A stretch of DNA of 64,000 nucleotides from Flectonema sp. DT1601 (GCA_964019425.1 OZ025786.1:372001-436000), one strand, 5' to 3'. Shown: positions 24,592-35,998, counted from the first letter of the stretch. Program-made: numbers and translations. Notes: generated from the sequence alone by a model not told the origin.

Positions 24592-25300
24592 CCCATTACG
24601 GACGGGGGTAAAACCCGGTTTTTGGACTTTTTTTGAAAAAAGAGCTAACGGGAAAAAGGGGTAGGGGGGCTCGGAAAGGTGATGTGACAAAGTGAACCGC
24701 CATTGCCTGCCCGTTAAAAATACACACACATTCACGTTGAAGATGTGGGTGTTCTTTCTTTCAATTGCACATATCATGAGCTCGTTGACGTCTTCGGTAT
24801 TCATTCCCAAGAAATGATAAACATCAACACAATTTGATATAAGTTTATCAAATGCATACTCGTTACCCACGTTGCAAGCGGAGAGAATATCCGCCTTGAA
24901 AGCAACACCCCCGTTTGATCTGAGAAGATCAAACACCAGGTGTTTCTTGTAAACAATCGCCAGGTTTAACAGAGATTGATCTTCATTAGATTCATCGTTG
25001 CGTTTGTTTAGATCGACATCAGTAGAATTTATCATCAATCCATCATCATCAGACCTTCATTGGACGCCGAACTTGTATTAATTTCAACAGGCACACGAAA
25101 CTTCTTCTTAGGTGGTAAAATTTCGATTATTAGTTTTGAATTTCATGAATAAAAACACAGCGAACCACGCCATCCCACCCAAGATTCGTCGCGAAACGGC
25201 CTCGATTACACCCCCCCTGGGTAGCGTTAGCCGGGTTTTCCCCTTAGCGAAAATAAAATTTCAAAATAACCGCTGTAGTGGACCCCCCGTCCTTAATGGG
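24592..25300. mobile_element. Non-autonomous piggyBac-like element (TTAA target) containing a gene fragment
   Basis: ttaa|cccattacggacggggg ... cccccgtccttaatggg|ttaa: 17-bp TIRs with one mismatch, CCC...GGG ends and TTAA on both sides (24588-24591, 25301-25304). Confidence 0.75.
24736..25035 (-). pseudogene. Inverted internal fragment of a UBL-ankyrin paralog inside the piggyBac-like element
   Basis: Minus-strand MINSTDVDLNKRNDE...ERKNTHIFN is near-identical to paralogs A and B. Confidence 0.85.
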
Positions 25301-26233
25301 TTAAAGTGTAAAGGAATACTATTTTAAGCTGTAACGGGCTACAGGGCATGGGGCGCTCAACCTGTAGTACGTGGCCCCCGAATCCCCATATTCGACAGCA
25401 CATATGGGATTTTTTATCGATAACAGCTGTTGATTTCTTATATTGCAACCAGGTTTGGCCGAACCCTATTCTCGTTTTTGCCAGTTTCAAGTTGCTTTCC
25501 ATTTAATATTAGTATCAAGTTACCCCCAAAAAAAACAAAAGAATTTTTTTTTTCACCTTCCTCCCCAATGTCTCCTGTTTCATGGTGATAGTACTTTTAT
25601 TTTTGTGCAAAGACCTGCAGTATTTTCCCCAGATAAATCTTTTCGTATCGTATCAAACTTCTCCCCCACTCCCAGATCATTTCTCTTTTATTTTCTTTAG
25701 TTGTTTTCAACCTGTTAGCCTCTGGACAAGGTGGGAGCTATACTACAATCTTTGCGATTGGTTCCTTACTGATGCGGGCTATTAGGAAATTGACGATCGC
25801 GCTGCAACCCTCTAAAACATTTTAAATTCGCACCCACCCACACCTTTAGAAAAAAAAAAAAGAAAAGAAAAAAAGTGTTTTTAAAAATCCCACCCCATCG
25901 CCGGCAACCCAACGACCAACGGGCAGGCGTCCAGCCCAACCAACGGCGGACCCACCACACCCCAACGCGGTGGCCTACTCGTCAAGGGTAGACCACCATG
26001 TTGACACCCATATATGTTTATGATCTACCGAGTGAATTGTTTTCTATCCTTCATCCTCTTTCTTTCATCAGGTGCAAAAAGAATGCGTAGCTAATTACTA
26101 AGTTTTAGATCCTTTCGTAAATCCCCTCTCTCTCGCTCGCTCCCTGAAATCAAACAGTCAGTGAACTCTCCTATTTTGTTGAGGAAGTTTAGCAAGTAAC
26201 ACATTTAATTTAAACACCCAGCAAAAAAATAAA

Positions 26234-26808
26234 ATGAACGTTATAGTTCGTAGTATCGGATTAGAGATGAGGAAGTTGACTCGGAGGCAACAGTGAAGTC
26301 CTTAATGAGCGGTACGTCGTATTCGAGTCTCGCGTGTGATGTTTACTTCGAAGGGAACGTGTTGAGGCACTCTAGCAAAGTTGTTGATTGTGGGGTTTCT
26401 GGAGATGGTGAAATAGAAATCAGATTAACTGATGACCTGGAAAGACTGACCAAAGGTCCGTCACTTTTCATTTCCAAACGTCGTATTTTCAATAAAGGCG
26501 TATTTCATAGTCTGTGTAAGAGAAATAATAAAAAACAACTGATCGACATCTAAACAAACGCAACGATGAAGATCAATCTCTGTTGAACCTGGCGATTATT
26601 TACAAGAAAAACCTGATGTTTGGTTTTCTTAGTTCAAAAGGGTGTGCCTCAGATAAGGCTGACGTTCTCACCGCGTGTAATGTGTGCAACGAGTAAGCAT
26701 TTGATAAACTTATATCAAATTGTGTTGATGTTAATGATCTCTTGGGAATGAATCCCGAAGACATCAACGAGCTCATGATATGCGCTATTGAAAGAAAGGA
26801 TACCCACA
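26234..26808 (+). pseudogene. Degenerate UBL-ankyrin paralog (frameshifts, stop)
   Basis: atgaacgttatagttcgtagtatcgga start; deletions and an in-frame taa (gagtaagcattt vs gagtatgcattt). Confidence 0.8.
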
Positions 26809-27102
26809 CGCGTTTAGATCGACACTAGTTGTTTTTTACACAGACTATGAAATACGCGAACGACGTTTTTCAACGAAAAGTGATTGGCCAGTCTTCCTGG
26901 TTGCTAGAGTGCCTCAACACGTTCCCTTCGAAGTAAACATCACACGCGAGACTCGAATACGACGTACCGCTCATTAAGGACTTCACTGTTGCCTCCGAGT
27001 CAACTTCCTCATCTCTAATCCGATACTACGAACTATAACGTTCATTTTATTTTTTTGCTGGGTGTTTAAATTAAATGTGTTACTTGCTAACTTTCCTCAA
27101 CA
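26809..27102 (-). repeat. Fold-back inverted copy of ~26176-26560 with several internal deletions
   Basis: The reverse complement matches the preceding pseudogene start and its upstream sequence. Confidence 0.8.
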
Positions 27103-27390
27103 TTCCTTCAGGGGAGGGTTTAGTTGGAGGTGAGTGTGGATGGGCATCGCTGAATTTTGTTGTTAAGACTATCTTTATTTTAACCGAATAAATTTCAACT
27201 AAGTACAAGAACTGTAACAAGCGTTCTACGAGGAACACTAAAAAGGCAGAACCTGTCAACAATGGGAGCAAAAACCATCCCATGATGGCTGGTTCTCTTT
27301 AACCGTTCCAAATCCACTAGTACGTGGATCGCCGCATTCGTTTTAAACAAAGTTGGTGCACGAATGTCACACTACTTATCTCTTTTGATC
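27103..27390 (+). mobile_element. Diverged, frameshifted relic of the Josephin-like domain of the Penelope-like element
   Basis: Translates in pieces as SGEGLVGGECGWASLNF, QAFYEE, KPSHDGWFSL and AAFVLNKVGARMSHY, versus SGEGLLGGECGWASLNF, QRFYEE, KPSPDGWFSL and AALILHKAKTRMTHF at 47370-47700. Confidence 0.8.
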
Positions 27391-27565
27391 TCAACCGCAG
27401 CTACAGCTAGACATTTACGTGCGTTCCGGAAAATCCAATGTGCCAGGTTTTGTGAACCCGTTCACCCTCTACCACCGCATCCCAAGCAGATTAGGCACTG
27501 TCACGAGGTCCTGACTACAGCGGACTGATTAATTATTATTAATTAGAAAGGGGGGAGGGGATTTC

Positions 27566-28035
27566 AAATCTCAATCCGACATAGTTTGAGGTTAATAGTT
27601 TTATTAAAATACAACCTGTACGAGAATATAAACATCATAATTGGATCTCTTTTTGTTTTAGTTTGCCAGCCGATTCTCTGATCTAGGAGAAGAAACTGTT
27701 GAGATTGAAAGCCGTTATTTCCTATGGTGTGCGACAGGATTCTGTCTGCGTTTTAATGAAATACAAAAATAGTTTATTTTTTATTGTTATTTTGCGTGAT
27801 TGTTGAAAAAAGAAACTAAAAAGAAACGAAGACGTATTAAAGCGCCAGACTACACTCAAGCTTTATTCGGTGTACTCGTTTTGCTTGTATCGCACGGACA
27901 ACATAACAAAGTGTCACAAGTAAGAGTTAACTTATTTGTGGATTGAGAGGCCTCCTCTTCTTCTTTTTTAAATTTTTTTCCCCACTCTTGCAATGTCATC
28001 AGTACAAACACTGCTTAAGGAATGCTCAAGAGCAT
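27566..28035 (-). repeat. Inverted copy of ~22105-22577, followed by a near-palindrome (~27870-28680) centred near 28260
   Basis: Reverse complement of the 22.1-22.6 kb intergenic block; 28020-28245 and 28275-28500 are inverted copies of each other. Confidence 0.8.
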
Positions 28036-28726
28036 TAAAGAAACGCAACAAAAAAACACAAACAAAAGAAAACCAGTACCGATGTTGCCAGACTCAATCG
28101 CAATGTTCGCAACAAAAAAGGAGGGAGAGGGAAGATCTACAACAATAAACCCTTTCCAGTGTACAGCAATAATTATAGCACAGCAACTTAATCAACAAGA
28201 AGTTATCAGCGAATTTAAAGAAATATTTAAAAAGAAAACAGCAATGGGTCGACAATAAACTTTTGTACTCGTCCCATTGCTGTTTTTTTTTTTGTTATTT
28301 TTAAAAAGATTTCTATTGCTGATAACTTCTTGTTGATTAAGTTGCTGTGCTATAATTATTGCTGTACACTGGAAAGGGTTTATTGTTGTAGATCTTCCCT
28401 CTCCCTCCTTTTTTGTTGCGAACATTGCGATTGAGTCTGGCAACATCGGTACTGGTTTTCTTTTGTTTGTGTTTTTTTGTTGCCTTTTTTTAATGCTGAG
28501 CGTTCCTGAAGCAGTGTTTGTACTGATGACATTGCACGAGTAGGAAAAAAAAATTAAAAAAAGTAGAAGAGGAGGCCTCTCAATCCACAAATAAGTTAAC
28601 TCTTACTTGTGACACTTTGTTATGTTGTCCGTGCGATACAAGCAAAACGAGTACACCGCATAAGGCTTGAGTGTAGTCTGGTGCTTTAATGTTTCGTCTC
28701 TTTTTAGTTTCGTTTTTCAACAATCA

Positions 28727-29209
28727 TTTTTTTTTTGGAATCGAACCCTATTTTTCCGTTACTCGTTACAGCCACGGTAGTCCACTACACTACCGTCAAA
28801 AGCTGATAGGGCAGATACTCTTGCGGGCTTGCACCACCTCAAGGGTGTGCGCTATCGCTCGGTTGACCTGTTTCATCCACTCGCCGCTGCTCGTGATTAC
28901 GTTGGTTCCTGTTTCGGTCAACTGCATCCACCACATTCCCAAGGGTTTAATCAAAAGAAGTAACTGTGTTGGACTTTTCAGACATGTATTAACAATGGAG
29001 TTACCATTGTTATCCAACTGAACTATGAGACTTGCATGGCTTAATCCTTGAAACAAGCATATGACTACTGGCAGGATCAACCAGGTTTCTTGTTACTCTA
29101 ACCAACAGGGAGTACCCGAAAGTACGCACCCGAGAGTTGAAAGCATCAAGACGTTGGTTGTCTCTTTTTTCCCGCAGTTCTGATAGAGGAGTCACCACCA
29201 GACCTTTTA
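28727..29209 (-). pseudogene. Retroposed pre-rRNA fragment: probable 5'ETS (29088-29209) + 5' part of 18S (28737-29087) + A10 tail
   Basis: Minus strand aacctggttgatcctgccagtagtcatatgcttgtttcaaggattaagccatgc ... gggttcgattcc(A)10; 15-bp TSD gtttttcaacaatca at 28712-28726 and 29210-29224; empty site at ~22335. Confidence 0.92.
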
Positions 29210-30239
29210 GTTTTTCAACAATCACGCAAAATAACAATAAAAAATAAACTATTTTTGTATTTCATTAAAACGCAGACAGAATCCTGTCGCACACCATAGG
29301 AAATAACGGCTTTCAATCTCAACAGTTTCTTCTAGATCAGAGAATCGGCTGGCAAACTAAAACAAAAAGAGATCCAATTATGATGTTTATATTCTCGTAC
29401 AGGTTGTATTTTAATAAAACTATTAACCTCAAACTATGTCGGATTGAGATTCTTTTATGTCATGTGAGTCCGTATTAATGTCTTCGATCAACAAAATATA
29501 AGGCTTTATCTGAATTGTTTTTTCAATCCCTGGCTTTGAGTCCCTTATAATGTGACTAGTCATGAGGGTATTTTGATTTACATTTGTGACAGCTAGGGGG
29601 AGCGGAGCGTAGCGAGGGAATGGCACTTTGCCACTTACCGGCTGTTGACCGTAAATGCGAGTTATCACGTTTCCTTTTTGTTTTAGGTTTTTTGTTAGTG
29701 GTGAGATGTGCTACGTTTAAATATTTCATAACGTGTTTCGCCATCTTGAACAACTTTAAATACGTTTTCGTATCATCAAATACCAGTATATACGGCTATT
29801 GACAAAGAGCCGTCTTTTTCTATGGTTAATTTTCAAGACAATGTAATGTATTAATTAAGTACTCATGAGTTTTGTAAAAAGCTGTTACAGTAACATAGGC
29901 GAGTGGCGCTCAACTATGTTCACGTGGCCTCCAGTTATTATTTATTTATTTGCAGTCATTTACTACGCTGCCGCTGACAGTCAAGATTTTTCAGAGAAAT
30001 TGTTGTTCCTTTGAGCTTAAGAATGCAGTATCAAATCACCCCTTCCGTTACTTTTTGTTGAATGTGATCACCACTGGTCGAACCTTAAGAAATGTGATAC
30101 AGGTCATGTGCGATGATGTACAATGATGTTTTAATTGAAGAAAAAAAATTTAGTTCTTGGTTTTGGTTTTTCATTATTGGAATCTATGTCTTACCTGTGA
30201 CAACAACGTACAACGTACGAATCCGGGAAGACGACTGAT

Positions 30240-31260
30240 ACAGACACTGGCGAAGAAGGCAGCCTTGCAATCAGTTGATCCTGAACTGACTCCGTATGAT
30301 TTCAGGATGGCTCAATGTTGTATTAAGAAACAAGCAAATTGGAAGGCTATGGGTACTGTGGACTCTTCGCATTCTTACGGCAAAGCGACTCTAGGATCTG
30401 GCCCTCAACGTTTCCTTCCCTGTCTCAACTGGAGGCAGGAGGTGGAATTGTCTCGTCTGCGAACCTCTCACCACAGGCTTGTAAAGCTACCGAGGTCACT
30501 GCGGGTTTTAAATGTTGTCTGTTCTGTGGCTTTTCAGGAACTGAGCATCTGCTGCTTGTTTGCGTTGAGACCAGGGAATTGGTAAAGCAAACCATGAGAT
30601 CTCAGCGAGTGCGCTGACACCAGATGATGAGCTATCTCTGGATATGTTCTTTCGGACCGAATGGCAGCCTTTCACGTTGTTATTGATCATCTTAAAGAGT
30701 TATCTGACAATCCGTTATTGTTGAAGTTTCCGCTTCAGGGTATTTTTGTGAGGAAGAAACTAATCACGCACATCGAAAGGAAGACAAGTTTCTCGTTACT
30801 GGGTTCTGATGTGAAGGAATATGTTATGGAACTTATTGATAACGCTTATAAAGCTACCGATTTAAATGTTGTTATTGACGACCTTTCTATGGTTAATGTG
30901 CTGGTCAATCCTGACTGGTCGGAATCCAAGCTTTCTAAGTTCCCCTCTCGCTTAAGTCGCCTCCTGCGACGTAATGCCCGAGGTAGATAAAGAACGTCTC
31001 TTTCCTCTGGTGTAGCTTCTTATTTTATTTTATTAGTATCATTTCTCTTTCTTTGACGAAAATTGGTCATCAGCAGTCTCTAACACTGTCTGCTCGCGTG
31101 AACGGTGGGTTTAGGTAGTCATTTGTTCCAGGTTATTCTACGTCTCTTATCGTCTGTGAGAGTCTCACAGTTGCTGGTAGCGATATAACTGTTACCCTGT
31201 GAGCTTTTCCTGGCTTTTGGCTTCCTAGGCTTCGTAAATAAATAAATAAAAAATAAAAAA
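30240..31260 (+). mobile_element. 5'-truncated non-LTR retrotransposon 3' end (ingi/I-like), degenerate
   Basis: ELSRLRTSHHRL followed after a frameshift by CLFC..TEHLLLVC zinc knuckle; (taaa)n/A-rich tail 31235-31260; absent from the paralogous site at ~23200. Diverged ~23-bp duplication at 30217-30239 and 31490-31512. Confidence 0.7.
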
Positions 31261-31309
31261 CGTTGGGCCAGCGGGGTCAAAGTAAACCCTTCGATTAATT
31301 TTTAGTTTT

Positions 31310-31475
31310 GGTACTTGTCTACGGCTGGGTTGATTTAGTATACCACAAAATTCTTTTCTCGATTGTAGTGACAAGTACGTGATGTCAACCTCCCGAATCG
31401 GACGGAAATGAGCCGAACGATGCGGCGCAATAAAATTGCCGCTTCGATCGAAATTTTTATAATCTTTTTTTGAAA
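31310..31475. repeat. Structured dispersed repeat, also upstream of each HMG-box gene (~37375, 41153, 44856, 48398)
   Basis: ggtacttgtctacggctgggttgatttagta...gacaagta..gtcaacctcccga...ccgaacgatgcggc...tgccgc.tcgatcgaaatt is shared. Confidence 0.8.
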
Positions 31476-31781
31476 AAAGCTGTCATTTTACGAATCCTGA
31501 AAGACGTCTGATTGAATATCTTTGGGAAAGGTTGTATTCTGTTGTTGTTTTTCTTTTCTTTCTTTCTTTCTTTCTTCCAGATGTTAGGCTCCCTCTGGAC
31601 ATCATTCCCGCAACCCTTATCTACATCGAAAATAATTATTATTACAAAAGTCATTTCATTAATGATGTTGCACACAATTGTTTGAGGGAATCGACTATCA
31701 ACGACGAAGTTTATTAATGCAAATTAATATCAAGTAACATAATTATTTTAAACATTCAGCAAAACAAAACAGAACAGAACA

Positions 31782-32564
31782 ATGACAATGAACATTGAAG
31801 TTCGTATTATCGGATTAGAGACGAATACGTTTCCAGTTGGCTCGGAAACAACTATAAGGTCGTTGTTGAAATGTGCTTCTTGTTCAAGTCTCGTGTGTGA
31901 TGTCTATTTCGAAGGGAATATGTTGAAGTGCTCTAGCAAAGTTGTTGATTGTGGAATTTCTGGAGATGGTGAAATAGAAATCAGATTAACTGATGACCTG
32001 GAAAGACTGACCAAAGGTCTGTCACGTTACATATCAGAATCTATTTTCAACTTCAACGTTGGCGTGTATCGTAATCTGAGTAGAAATCTATCTCCCAATA
32101 CGACATATGAAGGGGAGAGTTTGATTTCAAGGTGTGTTGTCAAAGGCAACACTGACTGTTTGAGAGAAATGATAAATTCTACTGATGTCGATCTAAACAA
32201 ACGCAACGATGAAGATCAATCTCTGTTAAACCTGGCGATTGTTTACAAGAAAAACCAGGTGTTTGATCTTCTCAGCTCAAACGGGTGTGTTGCTATCAAG
32301 GCAGACATTCTCACCGCTTGTAATGTGTGCAACGAGTATGCATTTGATAAACTTATATCGAATTGTGTTGATGTTTATCATTTCTTGGGAATGAAAGACG
32401 TCAACGAGCTCATGATATGCGCTATTGAAAGAAAGAACACCCACATCTTCAATACTCTTGTTGCAAAGAATGCTAATGTCAGTCAGGAGATTCGTCAGGT
32501 TGCTGACGACAACAACTTCTCTTTGAATTACTGGCGTGTTGGTAGCTTTAACAGAACACTGTAG
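31782..32564 (+). CDS. Ubiquitin-like + ankyrin-like repeat protein (paralog B)
   Basis: Intact 260-aa ORF; its central part is identical to paralog A. Confidence 0.7.
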   Translation: MTMNIEVRIIGLETNTFPVGSETTIRSLLKCASCSSLVCDVYFEGNMLKCSSKVVDCGISGDGEIEIRLTDDLERLTKGLSRYISESIFNFNVGVYRNLSRNLSPNTTYEGESLISRCVVKGNTDCLREMINSTDVDLNKRNDEDQSLLNLAIVYKKNQVFDLLSSNGCVAIKADILTACNVCNEYAFDKLISNCVDVYHFLGMKDVNELMICAIERKNTHIFNTLVAKNANVSQEIRQVADDNNFSLNYWRVGSFNRTL

Positions 32565-33822
32565 CCTACACCTATCAATCAGCATCGAGTGCAGTTCAAC
32601 AAACAGAAACTTGTCCGTTGGTATTTTTTGTCTTTTATTCGTTGGAGAAGATGCAGGTTTTTCAATGATTTCGTTGGTCGTATTCTCGAAAAGAAAGCGC
32701 AATTCCTAATTCTCCACTTTGAACCCGACAGTGAGAATATTGTTAAAAAACTGCTAGGAACGTACGTTTCATAATGTCAGGCTGTGACAGTTTTTTTCGA
32801 TTTTCAGAAGTTAGCGCGGTTTTTTCTGTACAATGATGCTTCTTTGCAAAGAGTTTGTCACCACTGGCTTCTTAGTACCCACAGTGCAGAAAAGTTAGCG
32901 CGGATTCTGAAAATACTTCAATTTTCCCCAAAGACAGTAAAACAATTATCTCCCCTGATCCCCTTTTTTTTCTCGTACTTTGTTAAGCCACTACACTCTG
33001 CCATGCGGTAGCGTGCATTGTGGTCTTCACGGGTATCGAAAAAACTTTAGTTCCAATTTTATTTTTTGCTGATTAGACATGTTTTTTCTCTTTCTTATTT
33101 CTTTTTGTTAGGTTAAATTAAGATCCGTTTTTCTTTTCTTATTTCCGATTGCTAGGTAGAGATAGCATACTCTTTTCTTTTTTTTTTTTAAATATTTGGG
33201 CATACACTCGGTATTGAATAACTTTTAACTCTCATTTTTATTTTGTAATCACATAGCCTTATAAGTTCGTTCTGTATCCATTTCTCAACTTAGTTGTTTT
33301 TTGACGGGTTCAGATAGTTAGCAGTGCTTACTTATGGCTGTAATTCAAAAGGATAGAAAGAAGAGAAAAAAAGAAAAGAAATTTACACAGCACACGCATC
33401 TTCAAAATGCTATAAGACTCTGAGATCTTCCCGCACACGTATGTTAGTATTTCGTACCTCTGCGTTTGGTTTTTAATATAGTTTTATGGAAAAACTTGAA
33501 GAGCTGCATTGTGCTAGTAAATAAAGTACTAAAAAGAAACTCCTTCTTGTAGTGTTTGTTCGATATAATCACGTTGAATAAAAATATAAAGTGAGTGAAG
33601 GTGTAGAGGCACCCAATACAATAAGTTACTGACTAGTTTGTCGGTAGTATTTGTATTGGTATTTCGTTTTCGCTCAATAAGTTTTCGCATTGAAAGACTA
33701 CCCTCCTCGTCTCCTACACTTTTATTGCCTGACATGAGTGCTTTTTGTAAATCTGTTTAATAGCATGTTATTTTTTCAACAGGAAAAAAACAATAATAAA
33801 TAAAATAAAATAAATCGGAATC

Positions 33823-35619
33823 ATGGGTGACGAGCTACCCAGTTATGTACGAAAACGCCATGCGATCGTGACAGACTGGAAAAAAGTAACGATTGAAGGA
33901 GTGGATGGTTATCTGGGAATGAGTGCTCTGATAATGTGGAAATTATGGTTCGACACAGCCAAGGATACCAGAGAAGTATACTTAGGGTCTCATGATAACT
34001 GCAATTTAATTTGGAAAAAGATGACAACTAAGGAATGTCTTCTATTTAGCGATCTACGGGAACCTGAATTGCTGTCTGAAAAACTTCCGCAATGGGTGAG
34101 TCAAAATCATGCTCACATTAAGGATTGGGGATACACAAAAATTGATAATAAATTTGGTTATTTAGGAGTTTCTTCGTTCCTTTATTCAAAACTTTGGTTT
34201 GATACTAAAGCTGAAGGGTCAAGAACGATCCTAACTGGGAAACAGAGCGACTGCATGAAACATTACAGGGAACTACTGGCTACAGCAAAGCTTCAACTCG
34301 ATAACGAGTCAGATGAAGACGAGATAGTACCACTAAGTAGTAGCATTGAATATAAAGATGATTACGTACCTGAAGGAGACTTATTATCAGTAGATGAAGT
34401 CCCTCTAGACCAATCAACTTCTAGCTTATGTCGAGATTTAGTTCCGTTATCTGACGTGACGCTTCCTACTATTGTTAGAGCTATGAAGGGGCTTGGTACA
34501 GCACCGGTTTATGATTTTCATGTTCATTGTGTTGGTCTTCAAAAAGAATTAACTGGATGTTGTCTTCATGAAAAGATTTTCAGTTGGAAGCATCCAGTTA
34601 ACTTTACAAAACATAAGTTCTTTATGAAAGGATTAGGGATAACTTCTCTTGATGATGAACTTATTGATAGTAATATGATTGATCGACTGCAAATATTAAC
34701 ATCAGAGATCGCATCATATTTACCAGGCAGGAAATATCGATCCATAGTCCTTGCATTTGACAGAGTCTACACTAAGGACGGAAAGATAGACGAGGATAAG
34801 ACAGCAATGTATGTCCCCAACGATCATGTTATTAGCATGTGTAGGAAATTTCCAGATAGTATGCTACCGGCTTGCTCTGTTCATCCATACCGAAAAGACT
34901 GTATTGATGAGCTTCGGAGATGCCATGGTCTTGGTATAAGGATTGTTAAATGGTTGCCAAACACACAAATGATGGACCCATCGTCTGATCTCTGTGATGC
35001 ATTTTTTAAAGCAATGTCATACTTTGGGATGACATTGCTATGCCATACTGGTGCTGAGCACAGTATCACATTCTGTGGAGTAGACGACGACCTTGGCAAC
35101 CCACTTCATCTTCGTAAAGCACTAGACTTTGGTGTTAGAGTTATTCTGGCACATTGTGCATCAGAAGGGACGAGTATAGATTTAGATTCAGATAGTAAAG
35201 TTCGGGTAAGTAGCGTCGACCTGTTTTTCAGAATGATGAGGGAACCTCAATATGAGGATTTGTTGTTTGCAGATATATCAGCTTTAACTTGTTTTAAACG
35301 TATTAGAAACTTAGTTACTATTTTAGATTCACCACAAATACACTCAAGATTACTGTATGGTTCAGATTATCCTGTTCCTTGTGTTCCATTAGTAGTGCAG
35401 TCGGGTGAGTTTTCACGTCATGGTATATTGTCAACAGCTGATTGTCAGATGGTAACGCATATTAGGGAATCAAACCCTCTTCTGGCTAACTTTGTAGCTC
35501 TTCGGCTTTTTAAAACACCGAAGGGAAACAGTTTTCCTGATTCCGTATTTCACGGAATTCCTCATCTTATTGGAGATCAGCAAGCAGGGTTTAGCATCCT
35601 TGATCGGTTAGTGGAATAA
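33823..35619 (+). CDS. Amidohydrolase family 2 (TIM-barrel metal-dependent hydrolase) with a duplicated N-terminal module
   Basis: DFHVH, SVHPYR, VKWLP, LLCHTG, VILAHCA, LFADISA, LLYGSDYP. Confidence 0.88.
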   Translation: MGDELPSYVRKRHAIVTDWKKVTIEGVDGYLGMSALIMWKLWFDTAKDTREVYLGSHDNCNLIWKKMTTKECLLFSDLREPELLSEKLPQWVSQNHAHIKDWGYTKIDNKFGYLGVSSFLYSKLWFDTKAEGSRTILTGKQSDCMKHYRELLATAKLQLDNESDEDEIVPLSSSIEYKDDYVPEGDLLSVDEVPLDQSTSSLCRDLVPLSDVTLPTIVRAMKGLGTAPVYDFHVHCVGLQKELTGCCLHEKIFSWKHPVNFTKHKFFMKGLGITSLDDELIDSNMIDRLQILTSEIASYLPGRKYRSIVLAFDRVYTKDGKIDEDKTAMYVPNDHVISMCRKFPDSMLPACSVHPYRKDCIDELRRCHGLGIRIVKWLPNTQMMDPSSDLCDAFFKAMSYFGMTLLCHTGAEHSITFCGVDDDLGNPLHLRKALDFGVRVILAHCASEGTSIDLDSDSKVRVSSVDLFFRMMREPQYEDLLFADISALTCFKRIRNLVTILDSPQIHSRLLYGSDYPVPCVPLVVQSGEFSRHGILSTADCQMVTHIRESNPLLANFVALRLFKTPKGNSFPDSVFHGIPHLIGDQQAGFSILDRLVE

Positions 35620-35913
35620 ATCCTTTTTTATAAATTGTCAGAAATAGGATACGTCGACAATCGTAGTGGGTGGTTTTTAATTGCTCCCGTTTAATTGTGT
35701 TCAACTCTCTTCTTTCTTTTTTAATAATTATTTTCTTCACCCAATTATGAAAGGCTAGCTTCCATTCCTCCTATTTTTTTTCTTTCTTGCACCTACGAAG
35801 ATTAAGAGCTGTCATTTATCATTTAATGCTAACTATTTCTTACTGTCTGCGTTTAATAAGACTTTATCTGAAATAGTTTTTTTTTTTTTTTTTTCCCTTC
35901 CCCCCTTGGGAGT

Positions 35914-35998
35914 CACTGTGTCATGAGTTTTTTAATTTTATTATTGAGTTCTGATACAATACAAGAGATTTATATTCGTATGAACCTAATCAAACAGT
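35914..35998. mobile_element. 85-bp short insertion flanked by a 17-bp direct repeat
   Basis: cttccccccttgggagt at 35897-35913 and 35999-36015; the body is similar to 2591-2677. Confidence 0.65.

Noticed and set aside
28737..29087. Functional rRNA gene, or a tRNA suggested by gttcgattcc
   Set aside because: Short, internally deleted, A-tailed fragment; gttcgattcc is native 18S sequence and there is no cloverleaf.
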